A stretch of 64,000 nt of DNA from Patescibacteria group bacterium (GTDB lineage: Bacteria; Patescibacteriota; Patescibacteriia; UBA1558; GWA2-36-10), in assembly GCA_041665505.1 (NCBI GenBank), contig JBAYIR010000001.1, positions 19,108-83,107 of the forward strand, given 5' to 3'. The position numbers and the translations under genes were made by a program. The notes under the pieces were generated by a model, which saw only the letters and a program-made list of their open reading frames with translations, was not told the origin of the DNA and made no database searches. This document shows positions 18,828 through 29,061 of this stretch, piece by piece (position 1 is the stretch's first letter; every line of letters starts with the position of its first letter).

Positions 18828-18865
18828 TAGGGCTATTGTAAGTGTTTTTTATGATTTGGTCAAAA

Positions 18866-18891
18866 GCGGCTCGCGCTTTGGCGCGAGCCGC
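18866..18891 (-). terminator. Rho-independent terminator for gene 18901..20163
   Basis: gcggctcgcgc-tttg-gcgcgagccgc, with a T-run on the minus strand. Confidence 0.55.
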
Positions 18892-18900
18892 TACTTGGCT

Positions 18901-20163
18901 TTATTGATTAGTGTTTAGAGAGGCTGAAGGAGCTGGGAGTAGGCTATTTTGTTCAGTTTTTATTTGTCTTTGTTGATCTTGAATTTGTTTTCTTAGTATG
19001 GGATTATTTTGTAGATTTTGTTCTAAAGTTTTTAATTTAACTGGGTCAGTAGTTTTTTGTATTTTTTCTTTTACTCCTTCAGACTGGATTTCTAAAAGAT
19101 TTTTGATTCTCTCTTTATTTTCAGAGCTGTCTAAACTTTCCAAAAATTGGATATTAGCTGGGTGACTTCTAAGTTTGTCTTCAAACTGGTCTAAAAATTT
19201 TTTTTGACCAGCTGGGTCTAGACTTTGAAATTTTTTCCGTAAAGTATCGGAATAATTATTGAATATATTATTAGCTTTTTCTTTAAATGCTGGTGAGAGC
19301 TGTTCGCTGTCTTTGAGGTTACTGATAAATTTTTCTTTATTTACATCAGAAGTTTTGATATTTTTAATGTATTTTTCTAATTTTTCCTTATCTTGGCTAT
19401 TAATATTTTCTAATTTTTCTGATAATTTTTCTTCGGCCCGGACTTTAGCAGCCTCTACTTTAATTTTGACATCTTCTGGCAAAGTATCGCTTAATTCTTC
19501 CAAAGTAGCAATATTTTTTAATTGTTTAAATTTACTACCAACATCATTGTTGTCTACAGCTTTTTCTAGACGGGCTTGGATTTTTTCTTTGTCATTATTA
19601 TACCAGCGAAGAGCTTCTTCTTTTTTTATAGTTTCTAGTTTATCCAATTGGCTTTCGGAAATTTTGTTTCTTAATTTTTCAGTAACACTAGAGAGTATTT
19701 GCTGATGTTTTATTTGGTTAGCGTCAAATTTTTCTAGTAGTTTTTCTCTGAGCTCTGGGTTATTTTCCAAACGGGCATTAATTTTTTGTTTAGTTTCCTC
19801 ATATTTTTTAAGAGCCTCGGCGACTCGACTAGCAGCATCCGTAGTATTAGTTTCAGCTAATTGTTTGGCTTCTAGTAGTCTCCGGCTAGATATTTTTTCT
19901 AATTTTTCAATTTTCTTTTCTTTGTCAAAAGTAAAAAAGAGTTCAGTATTTTCTTTAAAAATTTGCCAATTATATTTGAACTGCCCAGGTACAGCATCTG
20001 GTTCTTCTATATTCAAGCTTTTGGCGTTTATTTCGTCAGTTTCAAATTCTATTAAAACATTAGCTAATTGTTCGGTATTTGTTTCTTGAGCTTGGACAAA
20101 ATGGAATGAAAAAACCAATAAAAAACTCATTATAGCTAGGCTAAATAGTTTTAATAATTTCAT
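18901..20163 (-). CDS. Secreted, Lys/Glu-rich, predicted alpha-helical/coiled-coil protein; hypothetical
   Basis: N-terminal signal peptide (MKLLKLFSLAIMSFLLVFSFHFVQA), then about 390 aa of low-complexity charged sequence. Confidence 0.5.
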   Translation of the reverse strand: MKLLKLFSLAIMSFLLVFSFHFVQAQETNTEQLANVLIEFETDEINAKSLNIEEPDAVPGQFKYNWQIFKENTELFFTFDKEKKIEKLEKISSRRLLEAKQLAETNTTDAASRVAEALKKYEETKQKINARLENNPELREKLLEKFDANQIKHQQILSSVTEKLRNKISESQLDKLETIKKEEALRWYNNDKEKIQARLEKAVDNNDVGSKFKQLKNIATLEELSDTLPEDVKIKVEAAKVRAEEKLSEKLENINSQDKEKLEKYIKNIKTSDVNKEKFISNLKDSEQLSPAFKEKANNIFNNYSDTLRKKFQSLDPAGQKKFLDQFEDKLRSHPANIQFLESLDSSENKERIKNLLEIQSEGVKEKIQKTTDPVKLKTLEQNLQNNPILRKQIQDQQRQIKTEQNSLLPAPSASLNTNQ

Positions 20164-20213
20164 ATTTATCTAATTAATTATTAACTAGAATTATTATAGC
20201 ATTTTATATAATT

Positions 20214-21632
20214 TTATAAAACTTCATTGTCATGAGAGTGGGATTCTCTAGAACCAGCGTTGGTGATGCGTATAAATTCAGCGTTTTTCTTTAGTTCTTC
20301 AATAGTATGGGCATTACCATAGCTCATACCAGATTTGAGTCCGCCGATATATTGGTTTAATATATTTTCTACTGGGCCACTATAGGGGACACGAGCCTCA
20401 ACGCCTTCGGGAGTGATATCTTTTATTTTTTCTTTGGCATCTGGGCGTGATAAGGCGGCAGTTAAGCTAGCCATACCGCGAGATATTTTATATTGACGAC
20501 CATGATAAGTAATTGGTAAGCCAGGACTTTCTTTGGTGCCAGATAATTGGCCACCCATCATAACAGTGTCTGCTCCAGCAGCCAAAGCTTTTACTAAATC
20601 GCCAGATTGTTTGATGCCGCCGTCAGCTATAATTGGGATATTATATTCTTTGGTCACTTGATAGACATTCATAACCGCGCTGAGTTGAGGGACGCCAAAA
20701 CCAGTGGTGATGCGGGTAGTACAAATTGAACCAGGGCCAACACCGACTTTAACAGCACTGACGCCAGCTTTTATTAAATCTAGAGCGGCTTGTCCAGTGG
20801 CAATATTTCCGCCGATTATTTCTATATTTGGCCACTTAGCTTTGATAGCACTAATAGCATTTATAGCATTACTACTATGACCGTGGGCAATATCCAACAC
20901 CAAGACGTCTACATCGGCTTTGATTAAGGCTTCAGCTCTTTCCATATAATCTGCTCGGACGCCAATAGCGGCACCAACTAGTAGACGCCCTTTACTATCT
21001 TTACTAGCCCCGACGTTATTATAATTTTTGATAATATCTTTGGCAGTAATAAGGCCTTTTATTTTAAATTCATTATCTACTAAAGGTAATTTTTCAATGC
21101 GATTTTCTCGCATTAGTTTTTTGGCCTCTTCAGGACTGATATCATGAGGAGCAGTAATAAGTTTTGTCTGAGGAGTCATCAAATCTTTGACCAAGATATT
21201 TTCATCTTTTATAAAAGTAATATCACGAGGAGTGAGTATTCCTAGTAATTTTTGGCTATTATCAGTCACCAAAAAACTTTTGCAATTATATTCTCTTATT
21301 TTTTCTTTGACCTCAGCTAGAGTATTGTCAGGGGAGACAATAAAAGGATTATCAATCACAATATTTTGTTTTCTTTTGACTTTGGCTACTTCTTTGGCTT
21401 GAGTGGCTATATCACAAAAACGGTGGATAATACCAATACCACCAGCTAAGGACATAGCAATAGCCATTTCACTTTCCGTGACAGTATCCATATTGGAAGA
21501 AACAATAGGAATTTTGAGGGATATATTTTTAGTCAGCCTAGTTGATATGTTTACATTTTGGCGAGAGACGATGTTTGATCTTTGTGGTACCAATAAAACA
21601 TCATCATAAGTCAGGGCTGTTTTAATTTCCAT
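20214..21632 (-). CDS. guaB: IMP dehydrogenase
   Basis: TIM-barrel catalytic loop [11 protein letters not shown], a CBS pair, and ...GGI....D..KAL..GA. Confidence 0.9.
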   Translation of the reverse strand: MEIKTALTYDDVLLVPQRSNIVSRQNVNISTRLTKNISLKIPIVSSNMDTVTESEMAIAMSLAGGIGIIHRFCDIATQAKEVAKVKRKQNIVIDNPFIVSPDNTLAEVKEKIREYNCKSFLVTDNSQKLLGILTPRDITFIKDENILVKDLMTPQTKLITAPHDISPEEAKKLMRENRIEKLPLVDNEFKIKGLITAKDIIKNYNNVGASKDSKGRLLVGAAIGVRADYMERAEALIKADVDVLVLDIAHGHSSNAINAISAIKAKWPNIEIIGGNIATGQAALDLIKAGVSAVKVGVGPGSICTTRITTGFGVPQLSAVMNVYQVTKEYNIPIIADGGIKQSGDLVKALAAGADTVMMGGQLSGTKESPGLPITYHGRQYKISRGMASLTAALSRPDAKEKIKDITPEGVEARVPYSGPVENILNQYIGGLKSGMSYGNAHTIEELKKNAEFIRITNAGSRESHSHDNEVL

Positions 21633-21809
21633 AAGTTTCGGGCTTAATTATAAGTTTTTAAACATAGCTATACTACTATTGGGGATAAAAAACCCCAGAC
21701 TTATTAGGCCTCGGGACCCTTTTTCACTAAAGTCACAAAGGTTAGTTTTACCCAAGCTGTTTGAGCTTATTTCAAGCGCTTAAAGCATTAATTAGTATAG
21801 CCTTTTTGT

Positions 21810-21860
21810 AAAAAAAGTCAAAAAACTTCGCCTCCAACTTTATTCAAGCTGGAGGCGGGG
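21810..21860 (-). terminator. Rho-independent terminator for GC-rich cassette C
   Basis: cgcctcca-actttattcaagc-tggaggcg, with a T-run on the minus strand. Confidence 0.55.
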
Positions 21861-21867
21861 AGCATGG

Positions 21868-22905
21868 TCACATGCGTTTGGGCAGTTTGAGTTCTATACC
21901 GCCCTCTGGCATGCCACCACCACTGCAACAGTTGGAAGCAGGGATGATCAAGAGCTGGCCTCGATGACCTTGTCCTTTTTGTTCGAAGGGACGCGATTCA
22001 TTTACTTGCCACACCGTTGCATTTGTTGGTTTTTCGCTACGTAGCCAGCTGAGAGCTGGAAAGCCATCTCCACATTTCCAGTTAGCGAAATGTTCGGCTA
22101 TGCTGGTTTCATCAAAATAGAGTGCCGGATCTTGAATGTGCAGAGAGATATGACGCATGTGATTTGGTCTGAACTTGTCACTGCTAGTGCCTTCCCGCCA
22201 GCAGGGTTGACCACGAAAAGCTCTAGCCGGGTAGACTTTTGCGTATCCGTTGTCAGGATGGAAAACAATCACCCAGTTGGTTGACAATATCTTCGTGCCG
22301 TCATCACTGACAGCTACTGCCTGGTTGAAGTCCTTTTCAGCCTTACTGCGAGTAGCTGCAATTTTTTGATCCATGAGTTGGCACATGATATCTCGCGACT
22401 GCTGCCACTTGTTACCACTGCGGTACCAGCTACCATAAAGGCAGTAGAGCAAGCCATGGGGCCAGAAGCCTTCACTGATGCCATCATTTCTCTGATTGAA
22501 TGTCAGGAACATCCGATCGTCTTCCTTACCGCTGACAATTATCAAACAACATGCCGTTCCTACATATAGTTTGACGTCACGGAGTCGGTGCATTATAGCC
22601 AGCAGTGGTTCTAGTTTTTCAAGCCATTCCATCATACTATTAGATTCCACTTTAGGGTCAAAGGGGAACCACATTGGATCAGCACAGTCGAGTAGCAATT
22701 TTCTCATATCATGCTCTTCGACTACGTCACAGAGCAAGGTAGATCCCAGATATTTGGACCACATCTCATGATCTGGGTGAGGGGATTGCCGCTCTTGTTT
22801 AAGCCAATCAGCGATATCGCGACGGCGAAACAGGTTGTCTTCAGCAAAGCGATTGAGCACGAAATCCTTACGGATTTCAGACAGGGGTTTAGTGAAAAGA
22901 GCCAT
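21868..22905 (-). CDS. Hypothetical 345-aa protein of cassette C (~48% GC, Cys/Trp-rich); no family recognised
   Basis: An AGGAGG SD sits 8 nt upstream of ATG (MALFTKPLSEIRK...). This is shorter than the ORF-track ORF, whose first Met lacks an SD. The promoter TTGACA-N18-TGATTAAAT lies at 22965-22996. Confidence 0.6.
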   Translation of the reverse strand: MALFTKPLSEIRKDFVLNRFAEDNLFRRRDIADWLKQERQSPHPDHEMWSKYLGSTLLCDVVEEHDMRKLLLDCADPMWFPFDPKVESNSMMEWLEKLEPLLAIMHRLRDVKLYVGTACCLIIVSGKEDDRMFLTFNQRNDGISEGFWPHGLLYCLYGSWYRSGNKWQQSRDIMCQLMDQKIAATRSKAEKDFNQAVAVSDDGTKILSTNWVIVFHPDNGYAKVYPARAFRGQPCWREGTSSDKFRPNHMRHISLHIQDPALYFDETSIAEHFANWKCGDGFPALSWLRSEKPTNATVWQVNESRPFEQKGQGHRGQLLIIPASNCCSGGGMPEGGIELKLPKRM

Positions 22906-22964
22906 GGGTATCAACCTCCTAAAGTTGGTGCAGTAGTTGTCTAAACTACCGCACATACCCACAG

Positions 22965-22996
22965 TCATTTAATCAGAATATTACATTATTTGTCAA
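22965..22996 (-). promoter_or_regulatory. Sigma70-like promoter (TTGACA plus an extended -10 TGATTAAAT) for cassette C
   Basis: Direct motif read on the minus strand. Confidence 0.4.
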
Positions 22997-23033
22997 ATAA
23001 AAAACACCGAGTTGATTTCGGCGTTTTTTAAGA

Positions 23034-24161
23034 TTATTCTATAATAATATGATCTTTGAGTTTTGGTGTTGTCTTGACCCAAAAAGGTGAAAATTTTATT
23101 TCTATTTTTTCAGGATTATATTTTTTAAAATATTCTCTTAAGCCTTCTTCATTTAGGCCTATTAGATTTGATTTGTCTATATCCCATTTATTTTCACTAG
23201 AGCTAACAGTAATAGTAGTTTTTGCTTCTAGTATGGCTTCTTGTTTTTCCAAATTTATTTCTGAAATACTATAGCTTATTTTTTCGGTATCAAAATTTAA
23301 TAAAACTTGTCCACCTTCCAATTCTTTAGCAAATTTTTCTTTGGCTATTTTCATCAAAGCTTCTTGATCAAAAATTAAGCCATGAACTATGATTTTTTGG
23401 GTGACTTTAGTTTCTTCACTAAGCTCTCCCACTTGGCTACTACTGATAGTTTCAAATTCAAATTTTAGTCTACTTTTGTCTATAGCTAAATTTTCTCCGA
23501 TTAATTCATTGATTTTGGCTAGACTCTGTTTTTCAGCTTCTAATCTAATTTTTTCTTTGGCAGCGTCTATAGTGGCTTGGTTAACAGTAAAAGTAGGCAC
23601 ACTTTGTAAACTCATGCCTTCGCTAGTTTCGCCATATATTTTATCTTGTAAGCCTTCCCACAGGCCAGGGATTATAAAAGTAGTGGAGCTAGTTATAAAT
23701 TCTTCACCTAAACCGTCAGCTTCGGCCCAAACTTTGACTTCTCCGCCAGCCGGCACAGTGATATTTTCACTGAGTCTAAATAGTTTATTATCAGGAGTAA
23801 GTAGGCGAGTAGTTTTGATCAGCGCTTGAGACTGGGAATAATTATTGTGGATAGTTACATAACCACCAGCCTTGTCACTACTAACTGCTTCTTGGCTACT
23901 AGGCACACTAGCGCTCAGTTCTAATTCAGTACTTATAATTTTACCTAGTATGGCGTCAGCTGATAGTTCAGGACTGTTTTCAGCTTGCATTTGCACCAAA
24001 ACAGCTGCTTCTTTTGTTTCTAGACTGCTGTATATTTTGATGTGCACTCTAGCCAAAGCAAAGTGTGTTACTACAAATATGGCGATGATAGTCAAAAAAA
24101 GAAAAAAGCTTACTAATCGGGAATAGATGTTGTTTGGCTTTCTGTTTATTGTTTGATTCAT
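23034..24161 (-). CDS. Membrane-anchored hypothetical protein (N-terminal TM, large extracytoplasmic domain)
   Basis: 375-aa ORF with an N-terminal hydrophobic helix. No motif recognised. Confidence 0.5.
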   Translation of the reverse strand: MNQTINRKPNNIYSRLVSFFLFLTIIAIFVVTHFALARVHIKIYSSLETKEAAVLVQMQAENSPELSADAILGKIISTELELSASVPSSQEAVSSDKAGGYVTIHNNYSQSQALIKTTRLLTPDNKLFRLSENITVPAGGEVKVWAEADGLGEEFITSSTTFIIPGLWEGLQDKIYGETSEGMSLQSVPTFTVNQATIDAAKEKIRLEAEKQSLAKINELIGENLAIDKSRLKFEFETISSSQVGELSEETKVTQKIIVHGLIFDQEALMKIAKEKFAKELEGGQVLLNFDTEKISYSISEINLEKQEAILEAKTTITVSSSENKWDIDKSNLIGLNEEGLREYFKKYNPEKIEIKFSPFWVKTTPKLKDHIIIE

Positions 24162-24250
24162 ATTTTGACACTTTTAAATATTAAGTGATTATTTATTTTA
24201 CCATTATATTATAGCAGAAATAGCTATTTAAAACCATTATATTATAGAGA

Positions 24251-27200
24251 TTATTTTTTTAATTGCCAACTGTCGGTGTCTAAAAATTCTATAATTTTAT
24301 TTTTTAGATTTTCATTTGGTAATACTTTGATATTTGTTTTTATTTTTCGGACTTTACCGTTGTTTATTTGCAGATAGACTGGGCTGAGGCCAGGGCTAGT
24401 TTCAAGAATAGCTTTTAGTTGATTCATTTTTTCTTTATCAAAATCTTGGGGTAGAATTAACCACAATTTATCTTTAGCTAGATTCTGAGCACTCAAATTA
24501 TCTAGAGTGGACTGGCTAATTAATTCTACTTTCTCGGCCAATATTTTTATTTGGCCATCTTTGTCTGAAACCTTGCCTTCTACTATCACTTTATTTTCAT
24601 CTTTCCATAATTGAAAAGTAAGATCTAATGTTTTTGGAAAAACTATTACTTCCACGCTAGCGGTTGAATCTTCTATCAATACAAAAAGCATAGCTTGGCC
24701 TTTATGGGTAGTAATTTTATGAATATTGGTTATGACACCAGCTACTTTTACATTTTCTCCTTCTTTTCTTTTTAATTTATCTAGAGTAGTAACATGTTCT
24801 TCTAGTATTTTAATATAGGATTTAAATGGATGATCGGAAATATATAGACCCATTAATTCTTTTTCCCAAGACAGCCTGTTTTCAATGCTAATGTCTGCGA
24901 ATTCATCTAACTTGAGAGATAGACTAGAGCTGGCCATTGGCAAATCAGCAAATAAATTGTTTTGACCACTTTTATGTTCGTTTTGAATTTTTTTGTTAAA
25001 TTCTAGGAGAGCATTAATATTACCCAGAGCTTGTCCGCGACTAATTAAAGAATCTAAAGCTCCAGCCTTAATTAAACTTTCTAGAGATTTTTTGTTTAAA
25101 TCTTTGTCTTTAATACGCAACAATAAATCTTCTGTTGATTTATAAGGGCCATTAGCTTTTCTCTCTCTGATAATTACTTTGGCAATATTATGACCAACAT
25201 TTTTAATAGCATTTAAACCAAAACGTATTTTGCCCATTTTATCTTTATCGTCTTTTTTTACTACAGCAAAATTAGAAAAACTTTCATTAACATCGGGGGC
25301 TAAGACATCAATACCCATTTTATGGCATTCTTTAATTTCAATAGTTACTCTATCAATGTTGTCTTGGTCAGCTGTCAGAAGAGCGGCCATAAAAGCTTCA
25401 GGAAAATTACTTTTCAAGTAGGCAGTTTGATAGGCAATCATAGCGTAGCAGGCAGCGTGAGATCTGTTGAAACCATAGCGAGCAAAAGGCACTATAAATT
25501 CCCAAATTTTAGCGGCGGTTTTTTTATCAATACCATTGTCTACCATACCAGAGATAAGTTTTTCTTCCTGCTCATCAAGTAGATTTTTTATTTTTTTACC
25601 AACCGCTTTTCTCAAGACATCCGCTTGGCCATAACTAAAGCCAGCTAAATCACGAGCAATACGCATGATTTGCTCTTGGTAAATAGCAATGCCATAAGTA
25701 TTTTTGAGGATTGGTTCCAATTTGGGGTGCAGATAGCTGACTTTTTTTTGACCGTGTTTGCCGGCAATAAAATCAGGAATAAACTCCATTGGACCAGGGC
25801 GATAGAGGGAGACCATAGCAATAATATCTTCCAACTCAGTCGGTTTGAGTTGTTTGAGGTATCTTTTCATACCACCAGACTCCAACTGAAAGACTCCAGT
25901 AGTATCACCAGCTTGAAATAGTTTAAAAGTTTTTTGGTCTTCTAGTGGTAGATTATCTAAATCTATTTTAATTCCTTTGGTGGCCTCTATTATCTCTATA
26001 GTTTTTTCTAAGATAGTTAGATTTTTTAATCCCAAAAAATCCATCTTTAGTAGTCCCAAATCTTCTACGGGGTGCATAGAATATTGAGAAACAATTGTTT
26101 TATCATCACCGGAGGCATATTGGAGTGGGGTATAGTTGGTCAGTGGTTCTTTGGTGATTAAAACAGCACAAGCGTGAGTAGAAGAGTGGCGAGCTAGACC
26201 TTCCAATTTTTTGGCCATATCTAGTAAGCGTTGAGATTCAGGATCTTCTTCATATATTTTTTTCAGTTCATCTACATTGGCTAGAGCCTCTTCTAAAGAT
26301 GTAAACATCGGAATCATCTTGGCTATTTGATCACAATAACTATAGCTATAGCCTAAGACTCGGCCCACATCTCTAATAGCGGCTCGAGCAGCCATAGTAC
26401 CAAAAGTAATAATTTGAGCGACATGGTCTTTGCCGTATTTATCTTCAACATAGCGTATGACTTCTTCACGTCTGATATCAGCAAAATCAAGATCAATATC
26501 AGGCATTGAGACACGCTCCGGATTGAGAAATCTTTCAAATAGGAGATCATATTTTATAGGATCAATATTGGTGATATTGATAAGATAAGAAACTAGTGAC
26601 CCAGCAGCTGAACCACGACCTGGCCCGACGATAATACCTTGATTTTTAGACCAATTGACAAAATCTTGAACAATCAAAAAATAAGCAGCATAGCCAGTTT
26701 TTTGGATAATTGATAGTTCATAATTTAATCTTTCTTGGATATGCTGAGGAATATCTTTTTGGGCAAAACCATATCTTTTGGTGACGCCTTCTAGACATAG
26801 CCTTTGTAATTCATCATTGACATTGGTGCTACTTGGTAGTTCATATTCTGGTAATTGGATAACATCTAGCTCTATTTCTATCTGGCAACGGTTAGCTATT
26901 TTAGCGGTGTTATCAATAGCAACTCTCGCATCTTGACCAAATAGCTCTAAAACTTTAGCTTCATCGATCATAGAAAGATCTTCACCTAGATAGCTCATTC
27001 GTTTTTCTTCGTTTTGTTTTTGTTTGGTTTGAATACAAAGTAGCACATCTTGAGCTTGATCATCTTCAGCTTTAACGTAGTGGACATCATTGGTGATGAT
27101 TAGTGGTATATTGTGTTTTTTTGATAGTTTTTTGTATTCTTCGTTTACTATTTTTTGGGCGTCATTATTTAGATTTTGCATCTCCAAATAAAGATTATTG

Positions 27201-27691
27201 TATCCAAAAATATCCAAAAGTATTTTGATATTTTCTTCTACTTTGTTATCTTGGCCAGCTCTAATGTGTCTAGCTAGTGGCCCAGCCAGACAGGCAGTAC
27301 TGGCAATCAGACCTTGGCTATATTTTTTGAGAGTGGCCCAGTCTATACGAGGTTTATAATAAAAGCCTTCTAGATGGGCAATACTAGTAAGTTTTAAAAG
27401 ATTTTTGTAACCGGTATTATTTTCAGCCAACAGAATCAAATGGTATGGTTTTTCTTTAGCATTTTTTTCGCTAAGAGGACCCGGGGATACATAACACTCC
27501 ACACCAATAATAGCTTTGATATCAGCCTTTTTGCATTTTTGATAAAATTCTATAGCTCCATACATATTGCCGTGATCAGTCAAAGCCAAAGCAGTAGCCC
27601 CTTGTCTTTTAGCTTCAGCAATTAGCTGGTCAGGAGTGCCTAGTCCATCAAGTAGACTATAGTGAGAATGAGTATGGAGATGAATAAACAT
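24251..27691 (-). CDS. dnaE: DNA polymerase III alpha subunit
   Basis: PHP domain MFIHLHTHSHYSLLDG, a polymerase core and an OB fold; 1146 aa. Confidence 0.95.
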   Translation of the reverse strand: MFIHLHTHSHYSLLDGLGTPDQLIAEAKRQGATALALTDHGNMYGAIEFYQKCKKADIKAIIGVECYVSPGPLSEKNAKEKPYHLILLAENNTGYKNLLKLTSIAHLEGFYYKPRIDWATLKKYSQGLIASTACLAGPLARHIRAGQDNKVEENIKILLDIFGYNNLYLEMQNLNNDAQKIVNEEYKKLSKKHNIPLIITNDVHYVKAEDDQAQDVLLCIQTKQKQNEEKRMSYLGEDLSMIDEAKVLELFGQDARVAIDNTAKIANRCQIEIELDVIQLPEYELPSSTNVNDELQRLCLEGVTKRYGFAQKDIPQHIQERLNYELSIIQKTGYAAYFLIVQDFVNWSKNQGIIVGPGRGSAAGSLVSYLINITNIDPIKYDLLFERFLNPERVSMPDIDLDFADIRREEVIRYVEDKYGKDHVAQIITFGTMAARAAIRDVGRVLGYSYSYCDQIAKMIPMFTSLEEALANVDELKKIYEEDPESQRLLDMAKKLEGLARHSSTHACAVLITKEPLTNYTPLQYASGDDKTIVSQYSMHPVEDLGLLKMDFLGLKNLTILEKTIEIIEATKGIKIDLDNLPLEDQKTFKLFQAGDTTGVFQLESGGMKRYLKQLKPTELEDIIAMVSLYRPGPMEFIPDFIAGKHGQKKVSYLHPKLEPILKNTYGIAIYQEQIMRIARDLAGFSYGQADVLRKAVGKKIKNLLDEQEEKLISGMVDNGIDKKTAAKIWEFIVPFARYGFNRSHAACYAMIAYQTAYLKSNFPEAFMAALLTADQDNIDRVTIEIKECHKMGIDVLAPDVNESFSNFAVVKKDDKDKMGKIRFGLNAIKNVGHNIAKVIIRERKANGPYKSTEDLLLRIKDKDLNKKSLESLIKAGALDSLISRGQALGNINALLEFNKKIQNEHKSGQNNLFADLPMASSSLSLKLDEFADISIENRLSWEKELMGLYISDHPFKSYIKILEEHVTTLDKLKRKEGENVKVAGVITNIHKITTHKGQAMLFVLIEDSTASVEVIVFPKTLDLTFQLWKDENKVIVEGKVSDKDGQIKILAEKVELISQSTLDNLSAQNLAKDKLWLILPQDFDKEKMNQLKAILETSPGLSPVYLQINNGKVRKIKTNIKVLPNENLKNKIIEFLDTDSWQLKK

Positions 27692-27775
27692 TTTAAATAT
27701 TTTTTATAATAAAACCCGATAACAGCAGTTATTATTATTTACATGTATCGGGGTGTCCCAGACGGGTTTTTGTTT

Positions 27776-28072
27776 TTATTTTTTAGCGCTGGATTTTTTA
27801 GCGCTAGATCTTTTTTTGTTTACAGCCTCTAGTATTGATTGGGCGCTTTTGATAAATACTGTCAAAAAAGCTCCGGCGTTACTAGCTTTGTTTTTGAAAT
27901 TGCTGATTCCTTCGTCAATATTGTTGGCTATTTTTTGTATCGATCTAATGGTGTCATTTAGACCTTTGATAGTGCGGGCAGTTTGATAAAGTAACCAGGA
28001 AAAAAGTATAGCCACCAAAAGTACAGATGAGCCAAGCATAATATTTAATAAGTCTTTTGAAGTTTCTAACAT
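27776..28072 (-). CDS. Small membrane protein (DUF948-like), hypothetical
   Basis: N-terminal TM followed by a helical region. The overlapping + ORF 27753..27986 is judged spurious. Confidence 0.4.
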   Translation of the reverse strand: MLETSKDLLNIMLGSSVLLVAILFSWLLYQTARTIKGLNDTIRSIQKIANNIDEGISNFKNKASNAGAFLTVFIKSAQSILEAVNKKRSSAKKSSAKK

Positions 28073-28186
28073 TTTTTTATTTTATTTTTTAATTCGCTAT
28101 TATTATAACATAGCTAATCTTATCTTGCCAAATAATTGGCATTAATAGCCAAATATTGTATAATTAATACATATTAGATATTTGTT

Positions 28187-29047
28187 ATGGATGATTATAA
28201 ACCAATTAGCCAAAAGGAACTAGAAAGAGGATATTTTTTTGTTACTCATCGGCTCTTAATTAAAAAAATTATTTTTTTATTAAGTATTTTTATTTTAGTT
28301 GTTTTTTATGGATTTTTAATCTTTAGATCAATTAAATATTTTACTGGGCCTAGTTTTAGCAATTTGGCTTTAGAGATACAGCAAAATACTTTTGACTTCG
28401 CTAGCTATCATAACCAGCGTGTTCCTCAGAATATAATCTTAGGTCAGCCAGAGTTTATTTCACTTGGTGATAGGCGCTATAATATTGTAGCTTTAGTAGA
28501 GAATCCAAATAAAGATTGGGCAGTCAAAAGTATAGAGTATTATTTTGTTTCTCAAGGAGAGCCTAGTCCTAGTAAAACAACTTTTATAAATCCTGGTGAA
28601 AAAAGATTATTGACCTTGACAGCTTATGAGTCTAATAAAGCTATTAGAAGTCCCGAACTTGTGATTTCTAAGACGGAGTGGTACCGTGTAGATAATAGTT
28701 TTCCCCAGATAAATATTGATATTACTGATATTACATTTCAAGCTTCTAGTCGGGAGACTGTTGATGGAGTAGTTAGTGATTTACCGGCTAGGGTGCTATG
28801 GAGAGCTTATAATGATTCAGTCTACAATTTTTGGGAAGTAGATTGGCAAGTAGCTCTTTATAATAGTGATAAATTAGTAGCTATTAATGAACTTAAAACT
28901 AAAGATTTTTTGGCTTTGGAGAATAGAGATTTAGAAGCAGTTTGGTTGACCAAATTACCCAGAGTAACTAGAGCGGCTGTTTTTCCAATCATCAATAAGT
29001 TAGATTCAGCTATATTCAAAGATATTCACGTAACACCAAAATTTTAG
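28187..29047 (+). CDS. Membrane-anchored hypothetical protein
   Basis: 286-aa ORF with an N-terminal TM (IIFLLSIFILVVFYGFLIF). Confidence 0.45.
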   Translation: MDDYKPISQKELERGYFFVTHRLLIKKIIFLLSIFILVVFYGFLIFRSIKYFTGPSFSNLALEIQQNTFDFASYHNQRVPQNIILGQPEFISLGDRRYNIVALVENPNKDWAVKSIEYYFVSQGEPSPSKTTFINPGEKRLLTLTAYESNKAIRSPELVISKTEWYRVDNSFPQINIDITDITFQASSRETVDGVVSDLPARVLWRAYNDSVYNFWEVDWQVALYNSDKLVAINELKTKDFLALENRDLEAVWLTKLPRVTRAAVFPIINKLDSAIFKDIHVTPKF

Positions 29048-29061
29048 ATTAGATAAAAATT

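Noticed and set aside
19259-20089. Plus-strand ORFs 19259..19705 and 19865..20089 inside the secreted coiled-coil gene.
   Set aside because: They are antisense to a long, signal-peptide-bearing minus-strand ORF. Their Ser/Leu-rich composition is typical of the reverse frame of Lys/Glu-rich genes.
21868-22968. Longer ORF for cassette C, starting at MTVGMC.
   Set aside because: There is no RBS before that Met. A perfect AGGAGG precedes the internal ATG at 22903-22905, so the N-terminus was trimmed by 21 codons.
25230-26550. Several 60-86-aa ORFs on both strands inside dnaE.
   Set aside because: They are fully contained in the 1146-aa DnaE reading frame, with no RBS or conservation signal.
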